DNA from: Promethearchaeota archaeon
Lineage (GTDB): Archaea; Asgardarchaeota; Lokiarchaeia; Sigyniarchaeales; SOKP01
Direction of reading: 5' to 3'
DNA length: 25,034 bases
Assembly: GCA_019057865.1 (NCBI GenBank)
Contig: JAHLWP010000048.1
Coordinates: 1-25,034 of the forward strand
Shown: piece by piece, positions 8,105 to 17,524 of the stretch
How the letters are laid out: each line of letters starts with the position of its first letter
How positions within the stretch are numbered: the stretch's first letter is position 1
Translations under genes and position numbers: made by a program
Notes under the pieces: generated by a model
What the model saw: only the letters and a program-made list of their open reading frames with translations
Told to the model about the DNA's origin: nothing
Database searches by the model: none

Positions 8105-11100
8105 TTATTCTCTAGATAATTCTTGTAATATCCTTTCTGTTTTATGAACAAAACGCCTGTATTTTTTTGGATCTATTTTCTCTAATTCTTTATTTAATTC
8201 AAGAACTTCATTAAATATAGTTTTTGATAGATTTAATCTGCCAATCTTTCTGTATAAGTAACCTAAATTACTCTTGATTATTGCTTTAAATTTTAACTGG
8301 ATTTTAGATTTAATATTTATTAATTTATCATTATTATTTAATGCTTTTAGATACATTTTTTCAGCTTTATCATAGATTCCTAAATCCTCAAATGATAATC
8401 CTACATAATTTTCAATCTTCATGAGTTCTTCTCTATATAAATAAGAATTTGATACTGAGGGAAAATCAATTAAATCTACTGAAATCATGGGGGTTATCTT
8501 AACCATCTCTAATTTATCAAAATTCTGATAAAAGAGCCTTATATCGTCAAAAATATCGTTAATATATTTTAGTTGCTTTCCTGGGTTATCTTCTTCTAGA
8601 TCTAATATATAGTCTAAAGCTAATGCGAAATTTCTTTTGGTACTCATGAACTTTTTAAATTCTGATTGTATTAATGCTCTTTCATGATGAAGACAAGCAA
8701 GATACTTTGAACATTTCTTGTATATCTTTGCCTGTTTAAAAACCTCAATTGCGTTATGATTACTGATCAAAGCTTCATTTTTTAAATTGAATTTAAAATA
8801 AAGGTGTGAGAGAACTAAATGTACCTTAGCTAAAGATATTAAGTAAAATTCAGGATTAAAATCTGCCAATTCTTCATAATCTTTTTTGCTTTTAAATAAA
8901 GCTTCTTCTGCTTCATTAAATTTGTCTAATTTATTGTAAAGACTTCCTAATTCTTTTTTAACTTTAGCTAAACGAGGAAAAAATATTTTAGGATTGATTT
9001 CTGCTATTCTTTGGTATATTTTTAAATCTAATAATTTTGCTCTAATTGCTTTATCATAGTGGTTTAGATCCATATAGAATTTACCAAGTTGATCTGTATA
9101 TATCTCAACATAGTGTAGAAAAATCTCTGGATATCTAAAAGCTAACCTTTTTCTGACTTTTTTTGCTGTTAAAAAACAAATCTCTGCGTCTTTTAATTTA
9201 TTTTGATTCAAATATATTTTAGCTAGATCATTATAAGTGGTATCTACATAATACAAAAATAATTCTGGATTCTTTTTTGAAAGTTTTAAGTTAATCTTCA
9301 ATGCTTCTTTATATGCATTTTCAGCTTCGAAAGGCTTATTTAAGCCACGGTAGAAATTACCTAATCGATTTTGTATATCCGCGACATTGTTTTCAAATAA
9401 ATCAGGATAGTATAAGGCTAGTTTTTGGGCTTTACTTAATGCTTTTAAAAAAGATTCTTCTGCTTCTTCAAATTTTTTTGATTTAGAATATAATGTTCCT
9501 AAATTACGATGAGACCAAAAGATACTTTTATCTATTTTGAAGGGCTTGCTTTTGCTAAGTAATTTCTTTATTTTTAATGATTCTTTGAATAATCTTTCGG
9601 ATTCATCGAAATCTTTCAAATTTATAAAAAGAAGGGCAAGTTGGTCCCATGTCCAAGCTTTGTAATATAAATAATATTCTGGATTTTTAATTGATAGATC
9701 TTCATAAATCTTTAATGCTTTTAAATGCATTTCCTTAGCAAATTCATATTTTTTCAGTTTTTTATAAATTGCGCCTAAGTTATTTTGTATCCACGCTAAA
9801 TCAGATAAATAAGTCTCAGGATCTCTCTCTGCTAATTTTTCTCTAATTTTTAAAGCTTTTAAAAACTCTTTTTGAGCTTTCTTCTTCATTTGTATCTGAT
9901 TGAATAATAATCCAAGATTTCCCCGCGTCCATGCTAAATCTGCTAGATAATCATTACGATCCGTCAATGTTAGTTCTTTTCTTATCTCTAAAGCTCGTTT
10001 AAATGAATTTTCTGACATTTTATAGCTTTTTTTTGCTTTATATAAAAGTCCTAAATTACCATAAGTCCATGCTAAATGTGGTAGGAATATATTGGGTTCT
10101 TTTTTAACTAAATTTAATTTGGCACTCAAAGCTAAATTATGAAAATCTTCCGCCTTATCATATCTTCTTAATTTCATACACAAGGTTCCCAATTTGTCAT
10201 GTACGTCAGCAATGTTATCTTGGTACAAATTAGGACTTAATTCTTCTAAATTAAGATAAATTTTTAATGCTTCATTGTAGGAATCCTCTGCCTTAGAGTA
10301 TCTTCGCGTAGTATAATAAAAAATTCCAAGCTGATAATATATTTTAGCTTTTAATTCACCTTCAAAAAATTCTTTTAATTTCTTTCCAAGCGTAACCAAC
10401 TTATTTAAGCTATATTGCTTTAATAATTCTGGGTTCTCGATACTTAAAAAATTTAATGCTAAATCTTCAGTAGTCTCCAATAATGAATTATGGTACATTA
10501 ATTCTGTAAAATCTTCCGGATTTTCACCGTATATTTCTTTCTTTTTGTTATAGTAATTCACAGCTAGCTGATGACTAATGGTGTCTACATCAAGTCCTAA
10601 TGACTCTTTTATATGATCATATATGAATTCATATGCCTCCTCTTGAATATCTTTCTTCTTTAAAAACCCAGCATTTATCAACTTTTTAAAGCTTGATTCA
10701 AAATCATTATCTTGATAAAGAGTTTCAATAACTCTTTTGTTAATATTATTTTCAATATCTGAATTTATAATTGACAAATTCTTTAATAGCTCGTACTCTT
10801 CATCAGAGAGAATTTCCATAACAATTCTGTTTAAATATTCCTCAGTTTTTTCAGAATCAACATTCAATATAATATTTGGATCAAAGATCTCCATTTTATC
10901 AACATTAATATGGTCATAGTTTCTCACAATTAACTCCATTGAAATAGGATGTCCTTCTGTTATATTACTTATCTTTTCTTTGTTCGAATCACTTATATTT
11001 TTATGAAAACGTTCGCTTAACATTTCGATATAATCAATTCTATCAACTTCATCTAATCCCTTGAGATGATGAATTCTTCGGGTATTACCAATCGACTTTC

Positions 11101-12097
11101 GCGAAGAGCAAATAACAAAATCTAAATATTTCACTAAATTTCTCACATCTGAATCAGCAAGATGAAAATCATCAATGAGCAAATGAACTTCTCTTTTTTC
11201 AATTAATTCTGAAATTTTTTTAAACTTAATTTCTTTAACTTCTTGTTTAAGCTCGTTGGTATCAGGAATATATCTTGATAATGCATCAATCACATCATCC
11301 AATATTATCTCATTTCTAAAAACTCTATGATATACATCCCGACATTTATTTTTAAAGATTTTATATCCTGAGCCTGTGATGTAAAATTGTCTAGGGCCTA
11401 AAGCAATTATTTGTTTTCCTCTTAATTTCTGCAATAATAATATCACCTGAATTAGAGAAGTTTTTCCAATACCCCCAACACCATAAACCTCAATACTCTC
11501 ATCTAAATTGTTCATTAAATATGCAATTGATGATCTTCTATTGTAAAAATCTTCCAGTTTCAACTGTCCTTTTGAGTACCATTCAACAATATTATTTACT
11601 AAATGATCAGTAATTGTATTTACGATTCCAGTATCTTCAATATTTTGTATTTTAAAATAATTCTCTTTACCAACTTCTTCAAGAAATTGTTTCACTTTAT
11701 CTTCGATATTTATTTCATTCGATATTGTTGAAGTAGTTTTGACCTTAGAGTACTCAGGAATAAAGTAAGATTGATGTAATATCCCTTCTGCTTCAGTTAC
11801 TTTATATTCGCAGTGGGTATAGGATATTGGTTCATTTTTTATCTTCAGTGGACAATTTTCTGCTTTGCAATCTTCAATATTACACTCGTTCAATAAAGTA
11901 CCATAAAAAGGAGTTATTAAAAAAATTACGATATCACTTTTCCTAATCTCCCTTATACTCACATCTTGCGAGTAATTGCCATTTGGAATAAAATTTTCCA
12001 TCCCCACTCCATCAATGCTTTCATTTAAAGCATCAAGTATCAATTCCCTAAAATTTTCTAGATCTTTTGAAGTGGAACTTAAAAAAACTCTAAGCAT
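8105..12097 (-). CDS. NLR-like STAND NTPase: DUF4062 (TIR-like) - NB/AAA - TPR array
   Basis: N-terminal RVFLSSTSKDL...SDIVIFLITPFYG...SYTHCEY (DUF4062). Walker A GVGGIGKT, Walker B LLIDDFH, GHP motif and a wHTH-like region. About 15 TPR units of ~46 aa (LAxxxxNLGxLY...ALxI). Confidence 0.9.
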   Translation of the reverse strand: MLRVFLSSTSKDLENFRELILDALNESIDGVGMENFIPNGNYSQDVSIREIRKSDIVIFLITPFYGTLLNECNIEDCKAENCPLKIKNEPISYTHCEYKVTEAEGILHQSYFIPEYSKVKTTSTISNEINIEDKVKQFLEEVGKENYFKIQNIEDTGIVNTITDHLVNNIVEWYSKGQLKLEDFYNRRSSIAYLMNNLDESIEVYGVGGIGKTSLIQVILLLQKLRGKQIIALGPRQFYITGSGYKIFKNKCRDVYHRVFRNEIILDDVIDALSRYIPDTNELKQEVKEIKFKKISELIEKREVHLLIDDFHLADSDVRNLVKYLDFVICSSRKSIGNTRRIHHLKGLDEVDRIDYIEMLSERFHKNISDSNKEKISNITEGHPISMELIVRNYDHINVDKMEIFDPNIILNVDSEKTEEYLNRIVMEILSDEEYELLKNLSIINSDIENNINKRVIETLYQDNDFESSFKKLINAGFLKKKDIQEEAYEFIYDHIKESLGLDVDTISHQLAVNYYNKKKEIYGENPEDFTELMYHNSLLETTEDLALNFLSIENPELLKQYSLNKLVTLGKKLKEFFEGELKAKIYYQLGIFYYTTRRYSKAEDSYNEALKIYLNLEELSPNLYQDNIADVHDKLGTLCMKLRRYDKAEDFHNLALSAKLNLVKKEPNIFLPHLAWTYGNLGLLYKAKKSYKMSENSFKRALEIRKELTLTDRNDYLADLAWTRGNLGLLFNQIQMKKKAQKEFLKALKIREKLAERDPETYLSDLAWIQNNLGAIYKKLKKYEFAKEMHLKALKIYEDLSIKNPEYYLYYKAWTWDQLALLFINLKDFDESERLFKESLKIKKLLSKSKPFKIDKSIFWSHRNLGTLYSKSKKFEEAEESFLKALSKAQKLALYYPDLFENNVADIQNRLGNFYRGLNKPFEAENAYKEALKINLKLSKKNPELFLYYVDTTYNDLAKIYLNQNKLKDAEICFLTAKKVRKRLAFRYPEIFLHYVEIYTDQLGKFYMDLNHYDKAIRAKLLDLKIYQRIAEINPKIFFPRLAKVKKELGSLYNKLDKFNEAEEALFKSKKDYEELADFNPEFYLISLAKVHLVLSHLYFKFNLKNEALISNHNAIEVFKQAKIYKKCSKYLACLHHERALIQSEFKKFMSTKRNFALALDYILDLEEDNPGKQLKYINDIFDDIRLFYQNFDKLEMVKITPMISVDLIDFPSVSNSYLYREELMKIENYVGLSFEDLGIYDKAEKMYLKALNNNDKLINIKSKIQLKFKAIIKSNLGYLYRKIGRLNLSKTIFNEVLELNKELEKIDPKKYRRFVHKTERILQELSRE

Positions 12098-12322
12098 AAT
12101 TTAAAACCCTCAATTATAATTTATATTAATAAAAAGGATCTCTACCTAGTTAAGAATACACCTAATTAGTTGATTTCAAAAATTTTTTACAAAATTGAAT
12201 ATATAATTAAATTAGATTTTTCTCTATTTATATCTTTTAATCAAAAAATTTCAAACTCAGATCATTAAATACTTTGTTTTTTAAGTAGAGTAATTCTAGT
12301 TATGTGAAGTATTTATGATTAA

Positions 12323-13656
12323 TTATTCATGTAAAACAATTTCTCTCCAATTTGGCTCAATATCACTTAAAATAAAATCCAGGATCTCTTCGGCAACAGG
12401 TTTTATGAGATCCTCCCCTGTTAAAGAAACATCAATCAAAAAATCAATAGTAGTATATCCAATATTGATCAACTCAAAGCGTATTTGTTCGTGTTTTCTT
12501 TCAGAATCATACATATCTTCTGGAGAAACAAATCTTAATTGATAGTAATCATGAATTAGATCATTAATTCTAGTAATTAATTTATCATCCCTCTCTCCGA
12601 ATTCAAATTCGAACTTAGGTAATTCAACATCAATATTATCATGAATTGATTTCAACCTTTCTATTATAAATCGTGTTTTTAAATCTGGATCGTGATCTAA
12701 TAGATTTTCTGCTAAATCAATCTCACCAGCATCTATTTCCAAAAAGGAGAAGGGAAGAGTACTTAAATTATTATCTGATAAAAACAAATATTGAAATTCC
12801 ATACGACCAAATGATTCTGGGAGACTTGAAATTATATTATGGCTTAAATCTAAAATTCCAAGATAATTTAAATCTACAATAGAATCAGGCAAAAATTCTA
12901 TTTTATTATTTGATAAACTTAAAAAATCAAGATGTTTTAACTCATCAATCCATCCTGGAAGTGATTCTAGATTAACGTTATCTAAAATCAATGCATTTAA
13001 GTTCTCAATTTTCCTTAAAGATTCAGGTATTCGTTCTATATTACAATTACATATTCCAATTCCGTCAATTGCATTATTTTCATTTATTAATAAAGCAAGT
13101 TTTTCAAAATCATAATTAATTCTTCAAAAGATTCCAAATAAATGAAGAATTCACCAGTTATAGATTCAATTTCTTCAAGAACTTCAACTTCTTGTTTTGG
13201 CAAGTACACACCCCTAAAAAATCTGCGTTCAACTTTAGGTTTAGGTGGAGTTTCACTTTGAATCAATTCTAAAATTAGTTTAATATGGTCTAGTAGTTTA
13301 TTTAAATGATTTTCTAAAGAAGCACCAATCGCGTTATACCACTGTATATCACCAAGATAATATTCGAACTTTCCACTCGGCTCGACATCTTCAATTCTAA
13401 ATGGGATGATATTAATCTCATTCTTTCCTCCTATAGTCAACTCCCTTCCTACATGTTTTGATAAATTAGCTTGTTTTGAGAAAACAAGTAAAATTAGATT
13501 GGAATTTTTAATTGCATTTACAATTGAATTTTCCCATTGACTTCCAGGTGTAGCATCACGATGATCGATCCAACACTTAATATCATGCGTCTCTAAATAA
13601 TCGCAGAGTGTATTAGCTATTGAATCATCTTTACTTGAATGGCTTATAAAAATCAT
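12323..13656 (-). pseudogene. Frameshifted TIR-LRR-CTD gene (ORFs 13087-13656 and 12323-12991 are one gene), paralog of 20846-22180
   Basis: Changing frame near 13114-13121 gives NYDFEKLALLINENNAIDGIGICNCNIERIPESLRKIENLNALILDNVNL, which runs without a stop into ORF 12323-12991. It is collinear with the paralog's NNEFKNLGLLLSEENTVEGIGILDCNLEEMPESMRNIDNLNVLILDNTNL. Confidence 0.9.
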
Positions 13657-13791
13657 ATCATATAATAATGGATTTTAATTATGATTAAGTAGATATTATT
13701 TTTAAGGATTTCCTGTATTAGAAAAGCTCACAAAAGTATATTAAAATTGTTTTCTCATTTTTAAATATCAAAAGGAAATCAAAAAAATAAA

Positions 13792-14016
13792 GTGACTAAA
13801 ATCGAAAACCAATTTGTAATTGTTAATGGAGAGAAAATCTTCGTAGATAAGGAAGGATATCTTGATTTAACAAGGGAAAAAATTACTGATATGGATGAAA
13901 TTATCGGACTTGAAAATATTGAGGGTTTAAAAGTACAATTTAAATCTCGAATTGTAAATTTTGAGGATTTTATGATTAAATTGATTAAAATAATAAAAAA
14001 TGAAAGGTATCGATAG
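13792..14016 (+). pseudogene. Truncated LRR gene stub (N-cap and first repeat only)
   Basis: FVIVNGEKIFVDKEGYLDLTREKITDMDEIIGLENIEGLKV resembles the N-terminus of 2564-3880 (YVIYKGIKYELKSGELDLSSKNIEDITKIKGLTKLTDLTV). The LRR pattern then stops. Confidence 0.65.
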
Positions 14017-14034
14017 TCAAATAAATAATTGACT

Positions 14035-15486
14035 TTAGATCGAATTTTTTAATAAATCAAGTATTAATTGGTTAAAATATCTATTAGGATTTGTTTTTTC
14101 ATTAATCATTGGTTCAGAAGGTTTATAAAAGGATAATATCTTAAAAACAAGTCCGGAGCTTAAAATAATATTCCCAACTGTTTCTAATCCATGAGAATCA
14201 CTTCCAATTGTAAAAATTGGTTTTTTATCTGAGATGTTATATTTTGCATATTCTTTTACCATATTAAAAAAGAGTTCAATAACCTCTTCTAAGGAGTTTT
14301 TGGCATAATGGTTATAATTTGTATATTTTAAGTTGAAAATTTCGATTCCTTTTAGCCCTTTTTCTAATAATTCTGTAATATTTTCTTTTGTTTCATAATT
14401 GTAATAACCTACATGTGCTAATATGCTTATTCCAGAATGTTTATCTGCCCATTTAATAACCTCTTCAACAGGGACATTTCCCCAGAATTTCTTATCGTGG
14501 ATCCTATCTGTTGCTTTATTAAGAAGTTCATTTGTATATAAATCAAATCCTTTTAGCGCCCATCTTTGAAAATTGTCCAATTCAGGAAAATATACCAATA
14601 TATCTCTTCTATCATCAATCCAATCATTAGATTTTTTTATTCCGGTTGCCACTTCTATTCCCGGGATTACATCAATATTGAATATTGTACCAATCTTTAT
14701 TGCTTTACAAACACCATCAAAATTGTTGTGATCAGTAAGAGAAATTGTTTTTAGTCCAATTTCCTTAGCTTTACATAAAATTTCTCCTACAGATTGACTA
14801 CTACAATCAGAATAATGTGAATGAATGTGTAGGTCCATTAGAATCTGAGATTCACAAATATTTTTTGAATGCTTTTTAGGTATACTTGAAGTTACTAACA
14901 ATTTCTTTAGGCAATCCAATGCGATATCCACTAAGAAAGTTAAGATCTTGTCAAATAATTCATCAGAATAAAGTTTGATATCCTTAATAACTTCAAGATC
15001 GATTTTTTTTGAAGATTTATTTAAAACTCGGTCCTTAAATTCATATATTTCGAGGAATATATTCAGTCTTCTTAAATTCCTTATTATATTTGAAATTTTA
15101 TTTGAGTTATTTACTTTTTCCATGCAATAATTTATATACTTTAAATAATCGTTTTGGATAATATAATCTATAAGATCTTCTTTTCTAATCCTCCTTGCTT
15201 TATGCTTTATCTCCAAAAGACCATCAATGCCATATCCTTTTTGATGAATCTCTTTTCCATTAGAAAAATCAGGGTATTTTCCTTCAATTTTATGATTAAA
15301 TGGCTTAATTTTACGATTAAAACCCCAAAGCATTTCTTTAATCTGTTCTGAGGTCGTTAAAGTGTCACACCAATTTTTAAAAATAAGAAAAATTCTCTTT
15401 AATAGATTTTTTAGTGGTTTTTTTTGACTTTTTAAGATTTCATTAACCCTATCAGTTATATCTTCGCTATAATAATTGATCGACAT
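14035..15486 (-). CDS. PHP-family phosphoesterase with unknown ~215-aa N-terminal region
   Basis: DLHIHSHYSD, SLTDHN, IPGIEV, ILAH, GIE and GSDSH metal-binding motifs (TrpH/YciV-like). Confidence 0.88.
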   Translation of the reverse strand: MSINYYSEDITDRVNEILKSQKKPLKNLLKRIFLIFKNWCDTLTTSEQIKEMLWGFNRKIKPFNHKIEGKYPDFSNGKEIHQKGYGIDGLLEIKHKARRIRKEDLIDYIIQNDYLKYINYCMEKVNNSNKISNIIRNLRRLNIFLEIYEFKDRVLNKSSKKIDLEVIKDIKLYSDELFDKILTFLVDIALDCLKKLLVTSSIPKKHSKNICESQILMDLHIHSHYSDCSSQSVGEILCKAKEIGLKTISLTDHNNFDGVCKAIKIGTIFNIDVIPGIEVATGIKKSNDWIDDRRDILVYFPELDNFQRWALKGFDLYTNELLNKATDRIHDKKFWGNVPVEEVIKWADKHSGISILAHVGYYNYETKENITELLEKGLKGIEIFNLKYTNYNHYAKNSLEEVIELFFNMVKEYAKYNISDKKPIFTIGSDSHGLETVGNIILSSGLVFKILSFYKPSEPMINEKTNPNRYFNQLILDLLKNSI

Positions 15487-15565
15487 TTCATGCTCTTAAC
15501 ATATATTTTAAATCAAGAATATCTTAATAAAATCTTATTACATAAGAACAATTGCAAATATGTAT

Positions 15566-15580
15566 AAAAAACTTTAAATA
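15566..15580 (+). promoter_or_regulatory. Archaeal-type BRE/TATA candidate for 15630 gene
   Basis: AAAAAAC-TTTAAATA about 50 nt upstream of the ATG, with GTGAGG (SD-like) at 15611-15616. The AT-rich background lowers specificity. Confidence 0.4.
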
Positions 15581-15629
15581 TTGACTTTTTAATTTAAAGA
15601 GAATTTTTAAGTGAGGAAATCATTTAATA

Positions 15630-17402
15630 ATGGCTTATATCTTTATAAGTTATTCTATTGCAGATTCAAACAAGTTTCAAATATCTAAAATTGCTGAAGA
15701 TTTGACTAAGTTTCCGGAAATTGAAAATACACTTTACTGCGAAGAAGACGCCAGAGAAGATTTTATTAAATATATGAATGAATACATAGAAAAATCTGAT
15801 ATTATGCTCCTTTTTTGTTCTCAAAACTCTAAAAATTCCAAATTTGTAAGTTTGGAATGGAGAGTCGCATTGAGTTTAGAAAAGAAGATTATTCCTGTTT
15901 TCATAAATCCGAAACATGTTCCGCCTTTATTATCTTCGATGATAGGAGCTGAATTCAATGAATTTGATTATAATTCTACATTAAAAAGTATTTACCATTT
16001 AATTTTAAAAAATTTAACCAAATCAGAGGATGAGCTCAAAATTCAAGCTCAAATTCTAACTAAACCTAAGGCAGCTTTTAGGGGAAAACTAGTAAATAAA
16101 AAAGAAATTGAGAATCTAAAGAGAATGCAGTGTGAATTAAATAATTTAATTGAAAAATTTGAAGTAAATGCAGATGGATCAGTAATTTCATTAGATCTCT
16201 CGTCAATTTATTTACAAAAGATTCCTAAATCCATTTTATTTTTTCCAAATTTAATATATATTAATTTTTCTGAAGATTCTTTTGAGAATGATAAAGGTAT
16301 TCGTAGACTGGTATATAATGGCGTAATAGTAAAAATTGAAGGGAAACCTTATGAAGATGGTCAAGTAGAAGCAAGAAAAAAAAGAAGAGAGGAATTAGAA
16401 AAAATTGGTAAAGAAAATCAAGATATAGTTAATCAAGCTCAAAGTTTTATTACGTCGGGAGACTGGGACACAGCTATAAAACTCTTAAAGCGATCAAGAG
16501 AAATATGTGTGCATCAAGGATGGTCTTCAGGTGTAGACTACGCATATAAAATGATTTTAGAATCTGAGAAATATAAAAAAGAAGAAACTGAAAAGAAAGT
16601 GAAAAGAAGAGAAAAGATGTTAATCACATTAAAAAAAATTCCATTAGAAGAAGAAACAGCACTATTTGAATTAGAGAAATTATTAAAAAGAAAATTTAAT
16701 TTGTTCATAGAACCCCAACTGAATAAAAGTATGACTTTCACTATAGAAAATAATAATATTATAGCATTAGATCTCTATAAATGTAAATTAAACAATTTCC
16801 CCGAAGAAATTTTTATGTTTACTAAGCTCAAGTATTTAAATTTAAAACGTAATCAAATTGTTAAACTTCCTAAGTTAATTGGTCTATTTAAATCCCTTAA
16901 GTTATTACGTTTGTCAAATAATATGTTAAATTGTATCCCTAAATCAATATCAAAATTAAAAGCCCTTAAAACTCTAGATTTAAGTAATAATAAACTGAAA
17001 ACTCTCCCAGAATCCTTATCTGAATTGAGATCCCTTGAATATCTCGATTTGAATAACAATGAATTTTCTGATTTTCCTAATTCTATACTTTACATTTCAA
17101 CACTTAAAACTTTATATTTAAATTTTAATAATATTTACACAATTCCAGAGTCTATAGGAAATCTGTCTTCATTAGAAACCTTATACTTAAACTTTAATAA
17201 CATTAGATCAATTCCCGAGTCAATAGGCAAATTAAAATTTCTACAATATCTTAATTTACGTGATAATTATTTATCAGATTTACCCTCTTCCTTAACAGAA
17301 CTAAATTCTATCCAGACATTAGTACTAAGTGGGAATAACTTTAAAACCATCCCCTGGCAGGGGACTTTTTTAGAACGTAGAAACGTAGAAATCATCATAT
17401 AA
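15630..17402 (+). CDS. TIR + short capped LRR + helical/TPR-like linker + LRR array
   Basis: IFISYS...DIMLLFCSQNSKNSKFVSLEW...KIIPVF (TIR). GDWDTAIKLLKRSREIC helical hairpin. About 9 23-aa LRRs (LxxLxLxxNxLxxLPxSIxxL). Confidence 0.9.
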   Translation: MAYIFISYSIADSNKFQISKIAEDLTKFPEIENTLYCEEDAREDFIKYMNEYIEKSDIMLLFCSQNSKNSKFVSLEWRVALSLEKKIIPVFINPKHVPPLLSSMIGAEFNEFDYNSTLKSIYHLILKNLTKSEDELKIQAQILTKPKAAFRGKLVNKKEIENLKRMQCELNNLIEKFEVNADGSVISLDLSSIYLQKIPKSILFFPNLIYINFSEDSFENDKGIRRLVYNGVIVKIEGKPYEDGQVEARKKRREELEKIGKENQDIVNQAQSFITSGDWDTAIKLLKRSREICVHQGWSSGVDYAYKMILESEKYKKEETEKKVKRREKMLITLKKIPLEEETALFELEKLLKRKFNLFIEPQLNKSMTFTIENNNIIALDLYKCKLNNFPEEIFMFTKLKYLNLKRNQIVKLPKLIGLFKSLKLLRLSNNMLNCIPKSISKLKALKTLDLSNNKLKTLPESLSELRSLEYLDLNNNEFSDFPNSILYISTLKTLYLNFNNIYTIPESIGNLSSLETLYLNFNNIRSIPESIGKLKFLQYLNLRDNYLSDLPSSLTELNSIQTLVLSGNNFKTIPWQGTFLERRNVEIII

Positions 17403-17524
17403 ACTCGGTAGCTCTCTTAAATCTTATAAATTTAAACTGCCAAAATTAAATATGTAATTTGGGCTATCTTTTTAGAATATTGTTATTGATAAATTTAATA
17501 TTATAGAATAACTAAATCCATCAC

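Noticed and set aside
2564-12097. Canonical Thoeris, CBASS or named Avs type
   Set aside because: No SIR2/Macro ThsA and no CD-NTase motifs. The architecture does not match a named type I can recognise, so only the analogy is claimed.
13095-13110. Programmed -1 ribosomal frameshift at TTG AAA AAC in the split TIR-LRR gene
   Set aside because: Not a canonical X XXY YYZ heptamer in frame, and no obvious downstream structure. A 4-nt deletion explains the alignment better.
15506-15547. Overlapping short palindromes (TAATAA-N4-TTATTA, TCTTAT-N3-ATAAGA) between divergent genes
   Set aside because: Short and AT-rich. Cannot be distinguished from chance without comparative data.
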